Virus record (IMG/VR): IMGVR_UViG_3300025682_000004
Reading direction: 5' to 3' (one strand)
DNA from: a virus
Taxonomy: Duplodnaviria; Heunggongvirae; Uroviricota; Caudoviricetes
DNA length: 64,000 nt
The position numbers and the translations under genes are program-made. Positions 20,657 through 29,957 of this stretch are shown here, piece after piece (position 1 is the stretch's first letter; each line of letters begins with the position of its first letter). Below the pieces are notes generated by a model. That model did not search any database and was not told the origin of the DNA. It worked only from the letters and a program-made list of their open reading frames with translations.

Positions 20657-21600
20657 TTATTATTAAAACTTTTTAAAAATTTATTTTCGTCTTTATGTTT
20701 AATTGTCATAAAATCAAAATCATTTAATGAATTTTCAAACATTTCTATATTTTTTTTATATTTTGGGAAATTTTTTATTATTTTATTTCTTATTAGTACA
20801 ATAAAACTACCAACATATTTATTTTTACCCAATAAATGCGTATAACCATGCATATTACCTGTTTGATTGTATCCATATTTTAATATATCGCTTTCTGGCA
20901 ATACTTCATATATTTTTTTATTTAATTTTTGAGATAATGAATATAATGTAAATTGTTCAATATAATTTGATTGATTTTTTATTTTTAAAATTCCTTTATT
21001 TATCAAATCAATCATTTTTTTTACATTAAGAAGATATTCATTAAAAAATTCCATATTTCTAAAACCAACAACACCACAATTATATGATATAATTTGTGAA
21101 TATTTTTCATATGATTTTTCTATTTTCTTTTTATCAATAAAATCATGTTTCTCTAACATATCAATGTTTGAGAAATAAAAATTATTATAAAATAACGATT
21201 TTGATGTTTCTATTGATTGTACAATACCATCATATGTTTTATTATTTATATATTCAGATAACAAATCTTTAAAAATAAAAACATCACCTTCAATATGAAT
21301 AAACGGTTCTTTTTGTTTTTCATAAACATTAAATTTAAAAAAATCCCATTCATTTAAATAATTGTAGGAATTTATATTATTGTTTTCATCGATAATAATA
21401 TTGTTATCGTATGGTATATATTTTAATATTTTATCATACGCTAATTTATTAGAATATATTTCAACGTTTCCATAAAGTTTTTTTATTGTTAAATAACTTA
21501 ATAATAACGAATAAAAATTTAATAAATATATATTACTATCGTTAAAATTTTTAGTATCTGTTTTCTTATCTATTTGATAATATGTTTGTATTATTTTCAT
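20653..21600 (-). CDS. Glycosyltransferase-like protein (DUF6734-like from memory)
   Basis: KFNVYEKQKEPFIHIEGDVFIF, YNCGVVGF, YIEQ, GYTHLLG resemble GT-A/nucleotide-diphospho-sugar transferase-like proteins. Confidence 0.5.
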   Translation of the reverse strand: MKIIQTYYQIDKKTDTKNFNDSNIYLLNFYSLLLSYLTIKKLYGNVEIYSNKLAYDKILKYIPYDNNIIIDENNNINSYNYLNEWDFFKFNVYEKQKEPFIHIEGDVFIFKDLLSEYINNKTYDGIVQSIETSKSLFYNNFYFSNIDMLEKHDFIDKKKIEKSYEKYSQIISYNCGVVGFRNMEFFNEYLLNVKKMIDLINKGILKIKNQSNYIEQFTLYSLSQKLNKKIYEVLPESDILKYGYNQTGNMHGYTHLLGKNKYVGSFIVLIRNKIIKNFPKYKKNIEMFENSLNDFDFMTIKHKDENKFLKSFNNK

Positions 21601-21869
21601 AATAAATTGTTTAATCCAACTGGTTCTATTGATTCTGTTTTATTATTTTTATATCCATATTCATAATAATAATCATATTCATCATTAACAATTTTATCAG
21701 AAACCACATCAAAAAAACCTAAATTTTCAACATCTTGATTTAATAAAAATTTTATATTATATACTTTTGTTAAATCTGGTATTATAATATATGTATTCCC
21801 TGTAGAACTTTCAGTTTTACCTGTTGTTAATGCTTGTAATATTTTTTTCTTTATTACTTCCACAATCAA
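21597..21869 (-). CDS. Small hypothetical structural protein
   Basis: 90-aa ORF sharing a C-terminal EP(I/V)GLNNL motif with 15009-18311. Confidence 0.55.
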   Translation of the reverse strand: MIVEVIKKKILQALTTGKTESSTGNTYIIIPDLTKVYNIKFLLNQDVENLGFFDVVSDKIVNDEYDYYYEYGYKNNKTESIEPVGLNNLL

Positions 21870-21874
21870 TATAA

Positions 21875-23683
21875 TTAAATTTCCACATTTTTTCTCATTA
21901 AAATTTTAATATCTTTTTCTGGATATTTTATTTCAAACATTGAATCTTCTGATGAATATATTGTATTATTAATCAAAAGAATTTTTCCTGTTTCAACATC
22001 AGATATTTCTTGTGATATTGTATTGTGTGAATAACCATTACCAACTTTATTGTAAACACTAATGTCTATAACATTAACAACACCTGAAACCGAAAGTATT
22101 TCTGTTTGTAATTTTCCAATAAAAACATCTTTATTCATTTCAGAATTATTAACATCAAAATATTTTTTCACAACATTAATAACACCATTAGCAATTTGAT
22201 TGTCGTTAATATTATCAACATATATATCAATATCAAATGCTAAATTAAAAATTTTACCATCTTTAATTTCAATATAATCATTAATCATACGAAATTGTGA
22301 AAGATATTCAGCAATATTTTGTTTCAACAAATCGTTACTTTTATTTGAAAGTTTACCATCCGAACCAATATTAATAATTGAAATAATCACTTTATTATTT
22401 TCTTTATATGCATTTAGTCTAAACGGTGAACCAAATTTTCCTGGCATTTTATAAACTTGTAACAAATAATCATTTAATGTAACATCTCTATATTGACTAG
22501 AAAAATTATATTTTATTAAATTTCTAATTTGTTCAACAGTTAAACCATCATTACCACCAATTGCTGGTATTGGATTATTAACTTTAATACTATCACGAAT
22601 TTGTCTATTTAGTGTTTCTAAACTACCATTAACAACTAAATTATAGTTACTAATTTTTGTTAATACGTTACTCCCAATATTAGAATTACTACCACCACCA
22701 GTTCTATATTTAACAAATAATGTATAACCACTTTTTAGTTTTTCACCTAACGATGTATTATTTAAAAAATTTTCAAGAAAATATTTGTTAGTAATACCAT
22801 CTTTTAATAAACCATCACGAAATGCATTATTTGTAGCATCGCCTGAACCAAAAGTTAACTTACAAAAACCATTTGGTGTGAATTCTTTTATAAATTTTTT
22901 AGTTACATCAATCCATTTACCAATCTTTAAATCTGATTTTGGATTTGAATTTTCAAAATCTTCAACAAATACTCTTTGCTGTGCTAAATAATCAACCTCA
23001 TAATATCTAATTATTGAATTTTTAAAATCGTTATCTGTAACCTCAACATTAGTACCTTCCATTAATATAACACTATCTATACCAATAATATTTGAATCTG
23101 GTAGTGTTATTGAAAAAAATGGTACAACATCACTTGATGTAATAACTTTTCTATAGATTTGTGAACTACCATTAAAAACAACATCTCGTTTTGTAACATC
23201 GTAATTAATAATAATACCATTAGAATCTGTATTAGGTATAATTCTTCTATTTTTAGGTAAACTCCAATCTATTTTGTTTTGTGTTTCAAATATTTTACCA
23301 CCACCAATTAATTGTGCGCCTGATTCTAAAATAGGATAATAATTTGGGTCTGGTTTATCACCAAGTACAGGTATTGTCACAGTAAAATCAACTACTGTCA
23401 CTGATGGTCTTTTGGGTGGTATATTAAAACCCATATTTTTAGCAATATTAAGTATTGATGATATTTGTTGAGCATTATCCAATTGGGTTTCTTGAAAAAC
23501 TCTATCGGTATTAATTGCTAAATTATTTGCAACACCAGCATTAATATCAATAAGCATAGAACCAACACTAGAATCACTAAAATCACTAAGAACATCAGAA
23601 TATGATTGTTTTATCATTGAAATTAAATCTTCTCTAATTTCACCAAATGTTCTACTCCCATATTTAATTATATTATCACTCAT
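21875..23683 (-). CDS. Baseplate wedge subunit (T4 gp6-like)
   Basis: SRTFGEIREDLI...SDFSDSSVGSMLID, ETQLDNAQ..SILNIAKNMG, YRTGGGSNSN, GGNDG..VEQIR, RDVTLNDY. Confidence 0.85.
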   Translation of the reverse strand: MSDNIIKYGSRTFGEIREDLISMIKQSYSDVLSDFSDSSVGSMLIDINAGVANNLAINTDRVFQETQLDNAQQISSILNIAKNMGFNIPPKRPSVTVVDFTVTIPVLGDKPDPNYYPILESGAQLIGGGKIFETQNKIDWSLPKNRRIIPNTDSNGIIINYDVTKRDVVFNGSSQIYRKVITSSDVVPFFSITLPDSNIIGIDSVILMEGTNVEVTDNDFKNSIIRYYEVDYLAQQRVFVEDFENSNPKSDLKIGKWIDVTKKFIKEFTPNGFCKLTFGSGDATNNAFRDGLLKDGITNKYFLENFLNNTSLGEKLKSGYTLFVKYRTGGGSNSNIGSNVLTKISNYNLVVNGSLETLNRQIRDSIKVNNPIPAIGGNDGLTVEQIRNLIKYNFSSQYRDVTLNDYLLQVYKMPGKFGSPFRLNAYKENNKVIISIINIGSDGKLSNKSNDLLKQNIAEYLSQFRMINDYIEIKDGKIFNLAFDIDIYVDNINDNQIANGVINVVKKYFDVNNSEMNKDVFIGKLQTEILSVSGVVNVIDISVYNKVGNGYSHNTISQEISDVETGKILLINNTIYSSEDSMFEIKYPEKDIKILMRKNVEI

Positions 23684-23690
23684 AATTTAT

Positions 23691-24086
23691 TTATATTATT
23701 ATGTTAATATTACCTTCTTCTTTATAATAACCATTATTATATCTAAATTCAATATTTATATTTAGTTGATTATCTAATACTTTATTTTCATCATCACCAT
23801 CAAAATCAAAACTAACATTTGTAATTTCAATTTCAGGCATATACAATGATACAGTATCTCTTAAATTCTTTTCAATATTATACGCAGTTGTATCATCATT
23901 AAATTCAAATACGTGTTTCAACAAATTAGTACCAAAATTAGGGTCATAATATCGTTCACCCTTTTCTGTTGTTAATAACAAAATTAAATTAGAAATATAT
24001 GAATCTTTAGTTATAATATTTGTTTTTAAAAATTCGTTAGTGTTTTTATTATCTTCAAAAGGATATTTGATATTAAGAGAATTCAT
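23691..24086 (-). CDS. Baseplate wedge gp25/GPW-like protein
   Basis: NLILLLTTEKGERYYDPNFGTNLLKHVFE...LYMPEIEITNV signature. Confidence 0.9.
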   Translation of the reverse strand: MNSLNIKYPFEDNKNTNEFLKTNIITKDSYISNLILLLTTEKGERYYDPNFGTNLLKHVFEFNDDTTAYNIEKNLRDTVSLYMPEIEITNVSFDFDGDDENKVLDNQLNINIEFRYNNGYYKEEGNINIII

Positions 24087-24101
24087 TGTTTTTATTTTTT
24101 T

Positions 24102-24109
24102 ATAAATAC
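24102..24109 (-). promoter_or_regulatory. Putative late promoter element GTATTTAT(A)
   Basis: 15 nt upstream of the gp25-like ATG; the same motif precedes about 16 minus-strand genes. Confidence 0.6.
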
Positions 24110-24118
24110 TAACTAAAA

Positions 24119-24144
24119 AAATCCAAACATAATGCTTTGGATTT
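24119..24144 (-). terminator. Intrinsic terminator
   Basis: AAATCCAAA-N8-TTTGGATTT hairpin followed by a T-run on the minus strand. Confidence 0.65.
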
Positions 24145-24169
24145 AAAAGGATAAAAACTAATAAAAAAA

Positions 24170-24589
24170 TTATTTAATCTTATATTTTTCTTTTATTTTA
24201 ATTATTAGACTATTCAAATTTTGATTATTTTTTATTTCTTCATTATACTCATTCTCAATATTTTTTAAATATGGTATTAATTCATTATTAATAATATTTT
24301 CTATTGATTTATTAATATTCAATAAATTTGCAATTATTTTATTAAATAAATCATCTTTCTTTATATCTTTAATTGTTTCATCAAATATTTCATTCATTTT
24401 AATATCGTTTTCATCAATATTTTTTACACCAAATTTATTTAATTTATCAGATATTTCATCGTTTGATAGATTAATATTAATTTCATCTGCCATTTTATTA
24501 ATTTCACCAATTTTTTTTGCTGCATCTGAATTAAAATCACCAGAATCTAAAGCATCTTTTAAATTTTTTAAAAAATCCATATTTCCCAT
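24170..24589 (-). CDS. Hypothetical protein
   Basis: 139-aa ORF in operon. Confidence 0.65.
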   Translation of the reverse strand: MGNMDFLKNLKDALDSGDFNSDAAKKIGEINKMADEININLSNDEISDKLNKFGVKNIDENDIKMNEIFDETIKDIKKDDLFNKIIANLLNINKSIENIINNELIPYLKNIENEYNEEIKNNQNLNSLIIKIKEKYKIK

Positions 24590-24591
24590 AA

Positions 24592-25506
24592 TTATATTTT
24601 TTTTATTGTTTCCATTTCAATCCCATGAAATTTCCAAACTTCATGTGTTTGATTATATTCAATTCTTTTTATAAAACTATTAATGGTGAATCCAATTAAT
24701 TCACCATATTTGTTTTTAATGTATACAGATTTAATATTTACCAATTCATTAAAAATATTTGAATTATTATCAACTTCATTTATTTTAAACTTTAGGGGTA
24801 TAAAAAATTCCAATTGCCTTTCATTAAAGTTAATTTTTTTTACATGTAAAAATTCTGTTATTTCTTCAATTTTATTAATAACATCTTGTTCTGTTTCACG
24901 GTATATTGTTAAAGGAAATTTTCTGTTTTTCCATGATTTTTTTAATTCATAATCATCGTTAATTTTTTTGTCTAAAAAATTAGCAGATTGGCTTAATCCT
25001 AATTCAATTGGTGTATTATTGAATATATATAATATTTCATAATCATCATCATTGGTTTTCCTTTCAACCAATTCTAATTCTAAAACCTCACCCATTGTTT
25101 TACCGCTATGTTTATGTTTTTCATCAAAAAATCCAAAATGTGCATACCTTCTACCATGTTCATCTTTAATATTCACACCATCATCCTTTGAATTTCTATC
25201 TTTAAAAAATAAATGTTTATCTGATAGTACAACAAATCTTTCCTGTGATGATTTTAACATGACATCATCAGATTTTTTTAATAATTCATAATATTCTTTA
25301 ATATATTTACTATCACGTATTCCAACGTAAAATTTTTCTAATAATTCATTTCTATGCCTTTTACGTTGAATTTTTTTGTCCTTTTCTTTTGTAATATTAG
25401 GGTCTGCTTTTAATAATTCAATTTCAGTATTAAATAATGCAATGCTTATTCTAATAAGAATTGAATAAAATTTTAAATATAACCAAAATATAAGTTTTTT
25501 AAACAT
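24592..25506 (-). CDS. Hypothetical protein with N-terminal hydrophobic segment
   Basis: 304-aa ORF; N-terminal LIFWLYLKFYSILIRISIALF. Confidence 0.65.
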   Translation of the reverse strand: MFKKLIFWLYLKFYSILIRISIALFNTEIELLKADPNITKEKDKKIQRKRHRNELLEKFYVGIRDSKYIKEYYELLKKSDDVMLKSSQERFVVLSDKHLFFKDRNSKDDGVNIKDEHGRRYAHFGFFDEKHKHSGKTMGEVLELELVERKTNDDDYEILYIFNNTPIELGLSQSANFLDKKINDDYELKKSWKNRKFPLTIYRETEQDVINKIEEITEFLHVKKINFNERQLEFFIPLKFKINEVDNNSNIFNELVNIKSVYIKNKYGELIGFTINSFIKRIEYNQTHEVWKFHGIEMETIKKI

Positions 25507-25873
25507 TCTTCTTTATTATTTTTAACTTTTCTTCCAATTTATTATTTTCTTCAATATATTTATTAATATCCAAAGATAATTTTTCGTTTATTTTTTTCAA
25601 TTTTTCTATATTTTCATAACTATATTGTTTTTCTGTATGTTCATTAATAATTGATATTATTTTATTAATAGTTTCATTAGTTGGCAAAATAATTTTATTA
25701 TCCTTTTTATTAAAAAAATCATTAATATATGTTATTTTCATAAATGATTTAAATAAAAGACGATATTTTTGTTTTGTCATCCCATCTTTATAATATTCTA
25801 AAAATTTTTTAACGTTATTTCTACGTTTTCTATTATCATTAATTCTTTTAAAATAATTTAAAATTATTTTCAT
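25499..25873 (-). CDS. Hypothetical protein
   Basis: 124-aa ORF overlapping its neighbour by 8 nt. Confidence 0.55.
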   Translation of the reverse strand: MKIILNYFKRINDNRKRRNNVKKFLEYYKDGMTKQKYRLLFKSFMKITYINDFFNKKDNKIILPTNETINKIISIINEHTEKQYSYENIEKLKKINEKLSLDINKYIEENNKLEEKLKIIKKNV

Positions 25874-25886
25874 AATTATACACCTT

Positions 25887-27719
25887 TTATTTGTTATTTT
25901 TATTGATTATTCTTTTATAAAAATCTGCACGTTTTTTTGTAACATTTGTTAAATGATATTCATCCTTAAAATCATTATATAAATTTTCACCCAATTCTTT
26001 TCTTAAATTTGGGTCTAAAATTAATTTTTTTAAGTTTTTTATCCAATATTTACGTGCATTTTTTTCTGGTGGTATTAATATACAATTCTTCATATGTTTC
26101 CCATGAATATTATATGGTGGTATATCACTACAAACAATAGGTAATTTTCTACTCCAACATTCAACTTGTTTTAAATTTGATTTTAAATGATTGAATTTAT
26201 TATCTGATAATGGTGCTAATACAATATCCGTTTCATCTAATACTTTAGCATAAATATTTGCTTTTTCAGTCCATCTACGAGCATAATTACCTTCATTATC
26301 ATACTTAATATTTCTTTCAAAATTCATTAACCACGATAAATAATCTTCATTCTTTATCATATTGTGATTATCGGTTAAAATTTTCTCATATTGATAATAT
26401 ACTGATTCTTCAGACTTAATACTACGTTTACTTTCATTAAAAATTTTATTTCTATATTTATTTTTTAATTCATTTGGTATTGGTAACATATCAACATTAC
26501 CTTTTGAAGAATTAATTGCTTTAATTATATTTGATGTCCACAATCCCCTTTTTTCAAGTTCAAATTTAAATTCATTATTGAAACTATATTCAGTAGTATC
26601 TCCTTCAGCATCCCAACCAGCAATAATTACCTTAAATTTATCTTTTAATTCCCAATCATTAGATAATACATTTATAACACCCCTTAATTGTTCAATATCA
26701 CCCAAATGTGAATTCCCACACCAATAACTTTTACCGTTTCTTCTAACATATATTATGTGATTTGGAACATTAACACAATAAATATTTCCTTTATATGTTT
26801 TTTTTGAAACTTTATAATAAAGTATTTTTGGACATTCATTTACACATTCGGTTTCAATTAAATTTTTTTCTCTTTTAAAATAAAAATTTGATTTTTTATT
26901 AAAAACTTCTGACATTTCAACTAATTCAAACCCAGATTTTAAATCAAAAGAAACGTACATTTTATGATTTGGTGTTACTGCAAAATCAATAGCACAATCT
27001 GAAGCATAATACATATCACCATCATATGGTTCATTTATATATTCAGTTGGTTTTTGATATTCAATAAGATTTGTTTCTGGATTTAACGTTGCAACTTGTT
27101 CTGTTTTATTTAAATCTTTAAATAATTTCCAACCATCTTCCGTTAATATTTCTGTTTTGTCATCATAGCAAGAACCTGCCATATATGTTATTCTAACACG
27201 ACCATCAGGGTCAGGTTTCCAGTTATTTTGAAATTGTTTCATCCAAATTGGATTTATTGAATTATAAAAAACCTCAACATTATCTTTATTTGTTATTTTT
27301 TTTATTTCAGATGCAAACAAATCTGTTGTTGTTGTTACATAATCAGCAATTTTTAAATTTTCAATAATTGGAATATGTAATTTTCTTTCACGACTTAATG
27401 TATAAAAAGGATGTTGTTGTGGTAAATACCAATAATCATCAATATCTGCTATTAATAGCACACCAGATTTTTTTAATTCTTTTGATAAATTATTCATAAT
27501 ATTCAAATTACCATGTAATTGACGATGATAATGTATAATATCAAAAGATTTTAAATAATCTAATGTTTTTAAATCATTAAAATCTATGTGTGGATTAATT
27601 TCAATATAAAAATCATCTGAATGATTTTTTTCCAATTCAATTGCAGGTGTTTGTGTTCTAAAATAATTAACACCAGCAGTATCAGAATTATAAAATAAAA
27701 TTCGTATTTTGTTATTCAT
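25887..27719 (-). CDS. GT-B (GT4-like) glycosyltransferase interrupted by a mini-intein
   Basis: AGVNYFRT..P, IADIDDYW, TTTTDLFA, RITYMAGS/SHLGDI, DIVLAPLSDNKFNHLKSNLKQVE, PIVCSDIPPY. Confidence 0.85.
   Translation of the reverse strand: MNNKIRILFYNSDTAGVNYFRTQTPAIELEKNHSDDFYIEINPHIDFNDLKTLDYLKSFDIIHYHRQLHGNLNIMNNLSKELKKSGVLLIADIDDYWYLPQQHPFYTLSRERKLHIPIIENLKIADYVTTTTDLFASEIKKITNKDNVEVFYNSINPIWMKQFQNNWKPDPDGRVRITYMAGSCYDDKTEILTEDGWKLFKDLNKTEQVATLNPETNLIEYQKPTEYINEPYDGDMYYASDCAIDFAVTPNHKMYVSFDLKSGFELVEMSEVFNKKSNFYFKREKNLIETECVNECPKILYYKVSKKTYKGNIYCVNVPNHIIYVRRNGKSYWCGNSHLGDIEQLRGVINVLSNDWELKDKFKVIIAGWDAEGDTTEYSFNNEFKFELEKRGLWTSNIIKAINSSKGNVDMLPIPNELKNKYRNKIFNESKRSIKSEESVYYQYEKILTDNHNMIKNEDYLSWLMNFERNIKYDNEGNYARRWTEKANIYAKVLDETDIVLAPLSDNKFNHLKSNLKQVECWSRKLPIVCSDIPPYNIHGKHMKNCILIPPEKNARKYWIKNLKKLILDPNLRKELGENLYNDFKDEYHLTNVTKKRADFYKRIINKNNK
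26712..27170 (-). mobile_element. Mini-intein (153 aa, no endonuclease) in glycosyltransferase
   Basis: Block A CYDDKTEILTEDGWK, block B VTPNHKMYV, block F YKGNIYCVNVPNH, block G YWCGN followed by Ser+1. Confidence 0.9.
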
Positions 27720-27805
27720 GTTTTTTATAAATTTTTACAAAAAAATATAATTTATATTTAAATACGTAAAAATATATAAAAAAAATGAAATATGAAAAAA
27801 TATTC

Positions 27806-28210
27806 TTATTTTTTATTTTTTGTTTTTGTTTCTGAAATGGTTTTATTGTCTTTAGATTCTACAATATTGTTTGTTGTTTTATTTTTATCTTTTTTATTTT
27901 CCTTTTCAGTTTTTTGTAAAATTTTTTTATTCGATTTCTTTTTTTCATAAAGATTAATATCATAATCATTCACTTCAATTACAGAAATTAAACCTTTTAT
28001 TCTTAATCTACGTATTGAGATTGTTAAGAAATTTGTTTTTAGAAACAAATCTTCCTTTGGTTTAATTTCTGTTTTTTTTTCGTATATACCATCAATATAT
28101 TCAATGATTAAATTTTTATTATAATTTAAACTATTTTTATCCAATAAATGTGTTATATTGGTTATTTTAAATGTTTTCATGTTTATATCTCCTATTATTT
28201 TAAACCCCAA
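27806..28210 (-). CDS. Hypothetical protein
   Basis: 134-aa ORF with a Lys-rich tail. Confidence 0.6.
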   Translation of the reverse strand: MGFKIIGDINMKTFKITNITHLLDKNSLNYNKNLIIEYIDGIYEKKTEIKPKEDLFLKTNFLTISIRRLRIKGLISVIEVNDYDINLYEKKKSNKKILQKTEKENKKDKNKTTNNIVESKDNKTISETKTKNKK

Positions 28211-28971
28211 ATTATGTTATTTAATTTAATTCCATCAAAACCCAATGATTTTGCTTTTAATATTATTGCTCTTTCTTTAATTCTATCAGAATTAATATTT
28301 GATTCTTTATTCAATTCTTTAAAATTCACATTTGGAAACCAAAATTTAGATAAAATATCAACTAAATTTTGACCATTTTTATATGAAATACCATTATTAT
28401 CCATATCAAACAAATTATCAAATTCAATTTGATATTTATCAAAACCATCAATTGGTGAAGATAAGAAAAAATTACCATTTTGTGAATTTTCTTTAATAGG
28501 TTTTTTTCTATATCCATACAAAACTATTGGATTTTTATCATATTCCATATTGGAAGATTCTAAAGAATTTAAAAATTGTGTATCATCATCTTGATAAAAA
28601 TTAATAGTATCTTGAGATACAATTTCTTCTAAATTTTGCAATTCTTTATATTCAAAAATATCTTGTATTTTATTTAAAATTTTACAACTATCTAAAAAAT
28701 CTAAATTAAGTTTAATTATATAAACCATTGAATTATTTGATAATCCATTAACCCATTTATAATGACCATCCAAAATGTTTAAGTCTTTATCAACCCAAAT
28801 TGGGTTTTTTTTATCATTAATAGTATTATTAGAATATTTTGAAACAATATATGGTTTTGTTGGTTTTAATATGTTTGGATTAATATCCATTTCATTATAT
28901 TGAATATTATTATTGTTTAATCCATCAATCATTATATTATATGGTGTTGATATTTGTAAAATTTTATTCAT
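28195..28971 (-). CDS. ParB/sulfiredoxin-like domain protein with extra C-terminal domain
   Basis: NPIWVDKDLNILDGHYKW resembles the ParB-N motif; C-terminal AKSLGFDGI. Confidence 0.5.
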   Translation of the reverse strand: MNKILQISTPYNIMIDGLNNNNIQYNEMDINPNILKPTKPYIVSKYSNNTINDKKNPIWVDKDLNILDGHYKWVNGLSNNSMVYIIKLNLDFLDSCKILNKIQDIFEYKELQNLEEIVSQDTINFYQDDDTQFLNSLESSNMEYDKNPIVLYGYRKKPIKENSQNGNFFLSSPIDGFDKYQIEFDNLFDMDNNGISYKNGQNLVDILSKFWFPNVNFKELNKESNINSDRIKERAIILKAKSLGFDGIKLNNIIWGLK

Positions 28972-29000
28972 TTTTATAATTCATATATTAATAAATAGTG

Positions 29001-29564
29001 TTATTTTAATTTTATAATTTCTTCATTAATTATATTCAAAAGATTATATTTAGATTCAACTAAAATAATATTTTCATCAATAATTTTATAAATATTAAAC
29101 AAAATGTTATTAGATATTTCTTTTTTTATATTTTTATAAGAAATTATATCGACATCCCTATCGTCATAAACGCTAATTGTTTTTAAATTTGGATATTTAT
29201 TAATGTATTTTAAAATTCTATTACCTTTATCTAAATCATTGTTTTTCATATCTAAATAATCAACATTAATATTATTAACATCCAAAATTTTTTGAACATA
29301 AGGTCTTAATCTTTCAATTCTTGAAGTTAAAATAATAACATAAGTATTTGGTTTATTTATTGCATCTTTTAATTGATTTAATACTGATTGAATGGGTTTA
29401 ATATCAAAAACATTTAAATCTAAACTTTCACTTCTACCCCACCAACCTAAATATGGATATTCTTTATTATAATATTCAGACCAATACCTTTTACCATATT
29501 CTGGTTCTGGTGTTTGAAATAATGTACCATCAAAATCAAATGCTTCTAAATTTTCTATTAACAT
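29001..29564 (-). CDS. HAD-superfamily phosphatase (Swiss-army-knife RNA-repair-type)
   Basis: Motif I FDFDGTLFQTP, motif II ILTSR, motif IV VYDDR. Confidence 0.8.
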   Translation of the reverse strand: MLIENLEAFDFDGTLFQTPEPEYGKRYWSEYYNKEYPYLGWWGRSESLDLNVFDIKPIQSVLNQLKDAINKPNTYVIILTSRIERLRPYVQKILDVNNINVDYLDMKNNDLDKGNRILKYINKYPNLKTISVYDDRDVDIISYKNIKKEISNNILFNIYKIIDENIILVESKYNLLNIINEEIIKLK

Positions 29565-29573
29565 ATAATAATA

Positions 29574-29957
29574 TTATTCAAATTTTATTTCAGTAACTCT
29601 ACCAACAATATTAAACGGTCTTTTAAGTAACTTCCAATTTACTAAGTTGTTTGATAATTTGGGTACTCCATCATTTTTACGATTTACTCCTAATGTTATG
29701 TGTGGTATTTTATTTTTACTAGGAAAACCACTTACTCCAACAGCAATAACTTTATCGTCCATTGCAATAGTATTTACACTTAAACGTACAGTCATACCTA
29801 AATATTTTTCATATTCGGGACTAATTTCACCAAGATTAATGGTCATATGATGTGCAATAATTTCCCAATCTTCAGGTATTTCATTTTTAAATCTATTAAT
29901 TAATTTGTTTCTTGAATTTTCATCAAGAACAACTGCACTATAAAGAACATTACTCAT
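29574..29957 (-). CDS. 2H phosphoesterase (tRNA-ligase CPDase-like)
   Basis: Two HxT motifs: AHHMTINLG and IPHITLG. Confidence 0.8.
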   Translation of the reverse strand: MSNVLYSAVVLDENSRNKLINRFKNEIPEDWEIIAHHMTINLGEISPEYEKYLGMTVRLSVNTIAMDDKVIAVGVSGFPSKNKIPHITLGVNRKNDGVPKLSNNLVNWKLLKRPFNIVGRVTEIKFE

